From the IMG/VR virus record IMGVR_UViG_3300017963_002402, positions 1 to 25,404 of that record: 25,404 nucleotides of DNA; one strand, given 5' to 3'. Positions 23,813 to 25,404 of this stretch are shown here, in pieces. This DNA is from a virus (lineage: Duplodnaviria > Caudoviricetes). Below the pieces are notes generated by a model, which saw nothing but the letters and a program-made list of their open reading frames with translations, was not told the DNA's origin and searched no databases. The first letter of the stretch is position 1. Each line of letters begins with the position of its first letter. A program made the position numbers and the translations under genes.

Positions 23813-25206
23813 CAGCACTATCACCTGATTGGGTTTCAGACGATGGCTTGATTCAACTGTACTGCGGAGACAGTGCGGATATCTTGCCGCAGTTGCCGAC
23901 GCATAGTGTAGCGTCTGTCATTACGGATCCGCCGGCCGGGATATCATTTATGGGGAAAGAGTGGGACGGTTCTAAGGGCGGCCGGGACAAGTGGATTGAT
24001 TGGCTTGCTGGGATTCTCAAAGAGTCATTGCGGATATGCAAGCCAGGCGGCACGCTTGCATGTTGGTCTTTGCCCCGTACTAGTCACTGGACTGGCATAT
24101 CTGTAGAGTCGGCAGGTTGGGATATCTTTGATGTCTTTCAGTACGTATTTGGGACGGGGTTTCCCAAGTCATTAGACATCAGCAAGGCGATTGACAAGGC
24201 CGCGGGCGCGGAGCGGGAGGTCGTGGGATCCAATCCACATGCAAGGCCGAACAGCGACGATCGGGGCGAGGGCGTGTACGGTGGTGGCAACGGAAGCGAT
24301 CACTCGACAGACATCACCGCCCCTGCCACCGCCCCCGCCAAACTTTGGGACGGTTACGGTACAGCCCTAAAGCCGGCTGCTGAGTTCTGGTGGCTTGCCT
24401 ATGCGCCTAGGGAAGGGTCGTATGCCGAGAATGCGCAGAAGCACGGCGTGGCGGGGCTGAATGTGGACGGGTGTAGGGTGCCGATATCGTCATGCGATGT
24501 CGAGACTATTGCCAATATGGGTGGTTATGGAAAAGCCGGATGGCAGCGTGAGCCGACTGGTATATATAATGCGAACGTCGCTGAACATTTGATGCCTACC
24601 AGAGACGCTAAGCCACACACTTCCGGCCGCTGGCCTGCCAATCTGAGTCACGACGGCAGCGAGGAGGTCGTGGGGATGTTTCCGGATAGTAAGTGTGTAG
24701 GAACGTATAAGAACGAGCAAGGACCAGGTGCCAAGTTTTTTGGGGGTCAATCCGACAAACGACGACTTCAGCAATGGAATAGGCACGACAACGGCTCTGC
24801 TGCCCGCTTCTTTCAGGAATGCCCACGGTTTATGTACGGGTCAAAACCCAGCAGAAGTGAACGGAACGAAAACCTAGAAGATAAGCCGGATTGCGAAAAA
24901 CCGGGCAGACTGCAAATGCGTCAGGACGGAGGACTTGATGGGCATATTACAGCTCCGGCACCCAATAATCATCCCACGGTTAAGTCGCTATCTCTAATGC
25001 GGTATCTATGCAAGCTTACCAAGCCACCGGAAGGCGGTATCGTATTGGACCCATTTATGGGGTCAGGCACGACGGTGATTGCTGCGTGGTTTGAGCATAG
25101 GGCTGCAATCGGTATCGAGGCTGATGACGAGTATTTCCGGCTGGCGCAAGCCAGGGTCGAGGGCGCCATCCGGCGGGAAGCGAAAGATATGCCACTTTTT
25201 AGTTGA
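23809..25206 (+). CDS. N6-A/N4-C DNA methyltransferase (beta class, DPPA variant)
   Basis: 'ITDPPAGISFMGKEWD', 'FGTGFPKS', 'GYGTALKPA', 'GRWPAN', 'NNHPTVKS..LMRYL', 'VLDPFMGSGTT'. Confidence 0.88.
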   Translation: MTALSPDWVSDDGLIQLYCGDSADILPQLPTHSVASVITDPPAGISFMGKEWDGSKGGRDKWIDWLAGILKESLRICKPGGTLACWSLPRTSHWTGISVESAGWDIFDVFQYVFGTGFPKSLDISKAIDKAAGAEREVVGSNPHARPNSDDRGEGVYGGGNGSDHSTDITAPATAPAKLWDGYGTALKPAAEFWWLAYAPREGSYAENAQKHGVAGLNVDGCRVPISSCDVETIANMGGYGKAGWQREPTGIYNANVAEHLMPTRDAKPHTSGRWPANLSHDGSEEVVGMFPDSKCVGTYKNEQGPGAKFFGGQSDKRRLQQWNRHDNGSAARFFQECPRFMYGSKPSRSERNENLEDKPDCEKPGRLQMRQDGGLDGHITAPAPNNHPTVKSLSLMRYLCKLTKPPEGGIVLDPFMGSGTTVIAAWFEHRAAIGIEADDEYFRLAQARVEGAIRREAKDMPLFS

Positions 25207-25264
25207 CACCGAAGGCTTTGTCTGGTATTTTGACAAGCAAAGTACAATCTAACAGGCCATGCAT

Positions 25265-25404
25265 ATGAATATTTTGTCAAGAGCAAAGCTGATTGCAAGT
25301 CAAATGTTGGCGAATGCCAGCACTAGACTCAGGGGGAAGGGTTTAGTAACTCAATCATGGGACGAGCTATTACCGTTGCTGGAGGCTGCCGGGTATGATG
25401 GCAG
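25265..25404 (+). CDS. Start of a 3'-truncated ORF, possibly portal protein
   Basis: MNILSRAKLIASQMLANASTRLRGKGLVTQSWDELLPLLEAAGYDG.. is open to the window end; portal call is positional only. Confidence 0.35.
   Translation, partial: MNILSRAKLIASQMLANASTRLRGKGLVTQSWDELLPLLEAAGYDG

Noticed and set aside
25229-25281. Sigma70 promoter or operator from TTGACAA...TTGTCAA
   Set aside because: TACAAT is only 7 nt from TTGACA, no properly spaced -10 on either strand, and the right arm lies in a probable ORF.
1118-25298. Minus-strand and nested alternative-frame ORFs in the track
   Set aside because: Shadows of well-supported + strand genes; no motifs or RBS support.

Overview
A 25.4-kb segment of a tailed dsDNA bacteriophage or prophage-like genome, with essentially all real genes on the + strand. 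Order: end of a virion/tail module (1-1441); a ~800-bp control region with a sigma54-type (-24/-12) promoter, three 29-bp palindromic-ended sites and a structured leader; small early genes sharing a GGAGACGA start motif and separated by RNA hairpins and a type II hammerhead ribozyme; a ~500-nt structured intergenic region with a tRNA-like element whose anticodon arm is greatly extended; a Ycf46-like AAA+ ATPase module; tRNA-Asp(GTC); a recombination pair (putative annealing protein and Cas4-like exonuclease); DUF1064-like and Gp37/Gp68-like genes; a replication initiator with internal 11-bp iterons; then ParB-like, Mom-family adenine-modification enzyme, an overlapping non-canonical tRNA-Gly(CCC), small and large terminase, two amino-DNA methyltransferases and the start of a probable portal gene. 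The most striking item is the Mom gene physically coupled to a tRNA-Gly that keeps all glycyl-tRNA synthetase identity elements but has lost features needed for translation (A33, bulged T-stem), suggesting a dedicated glycine-donor tRNA for DNA hypermodification. All family calls come from motif recognition by eye; no searches were run.
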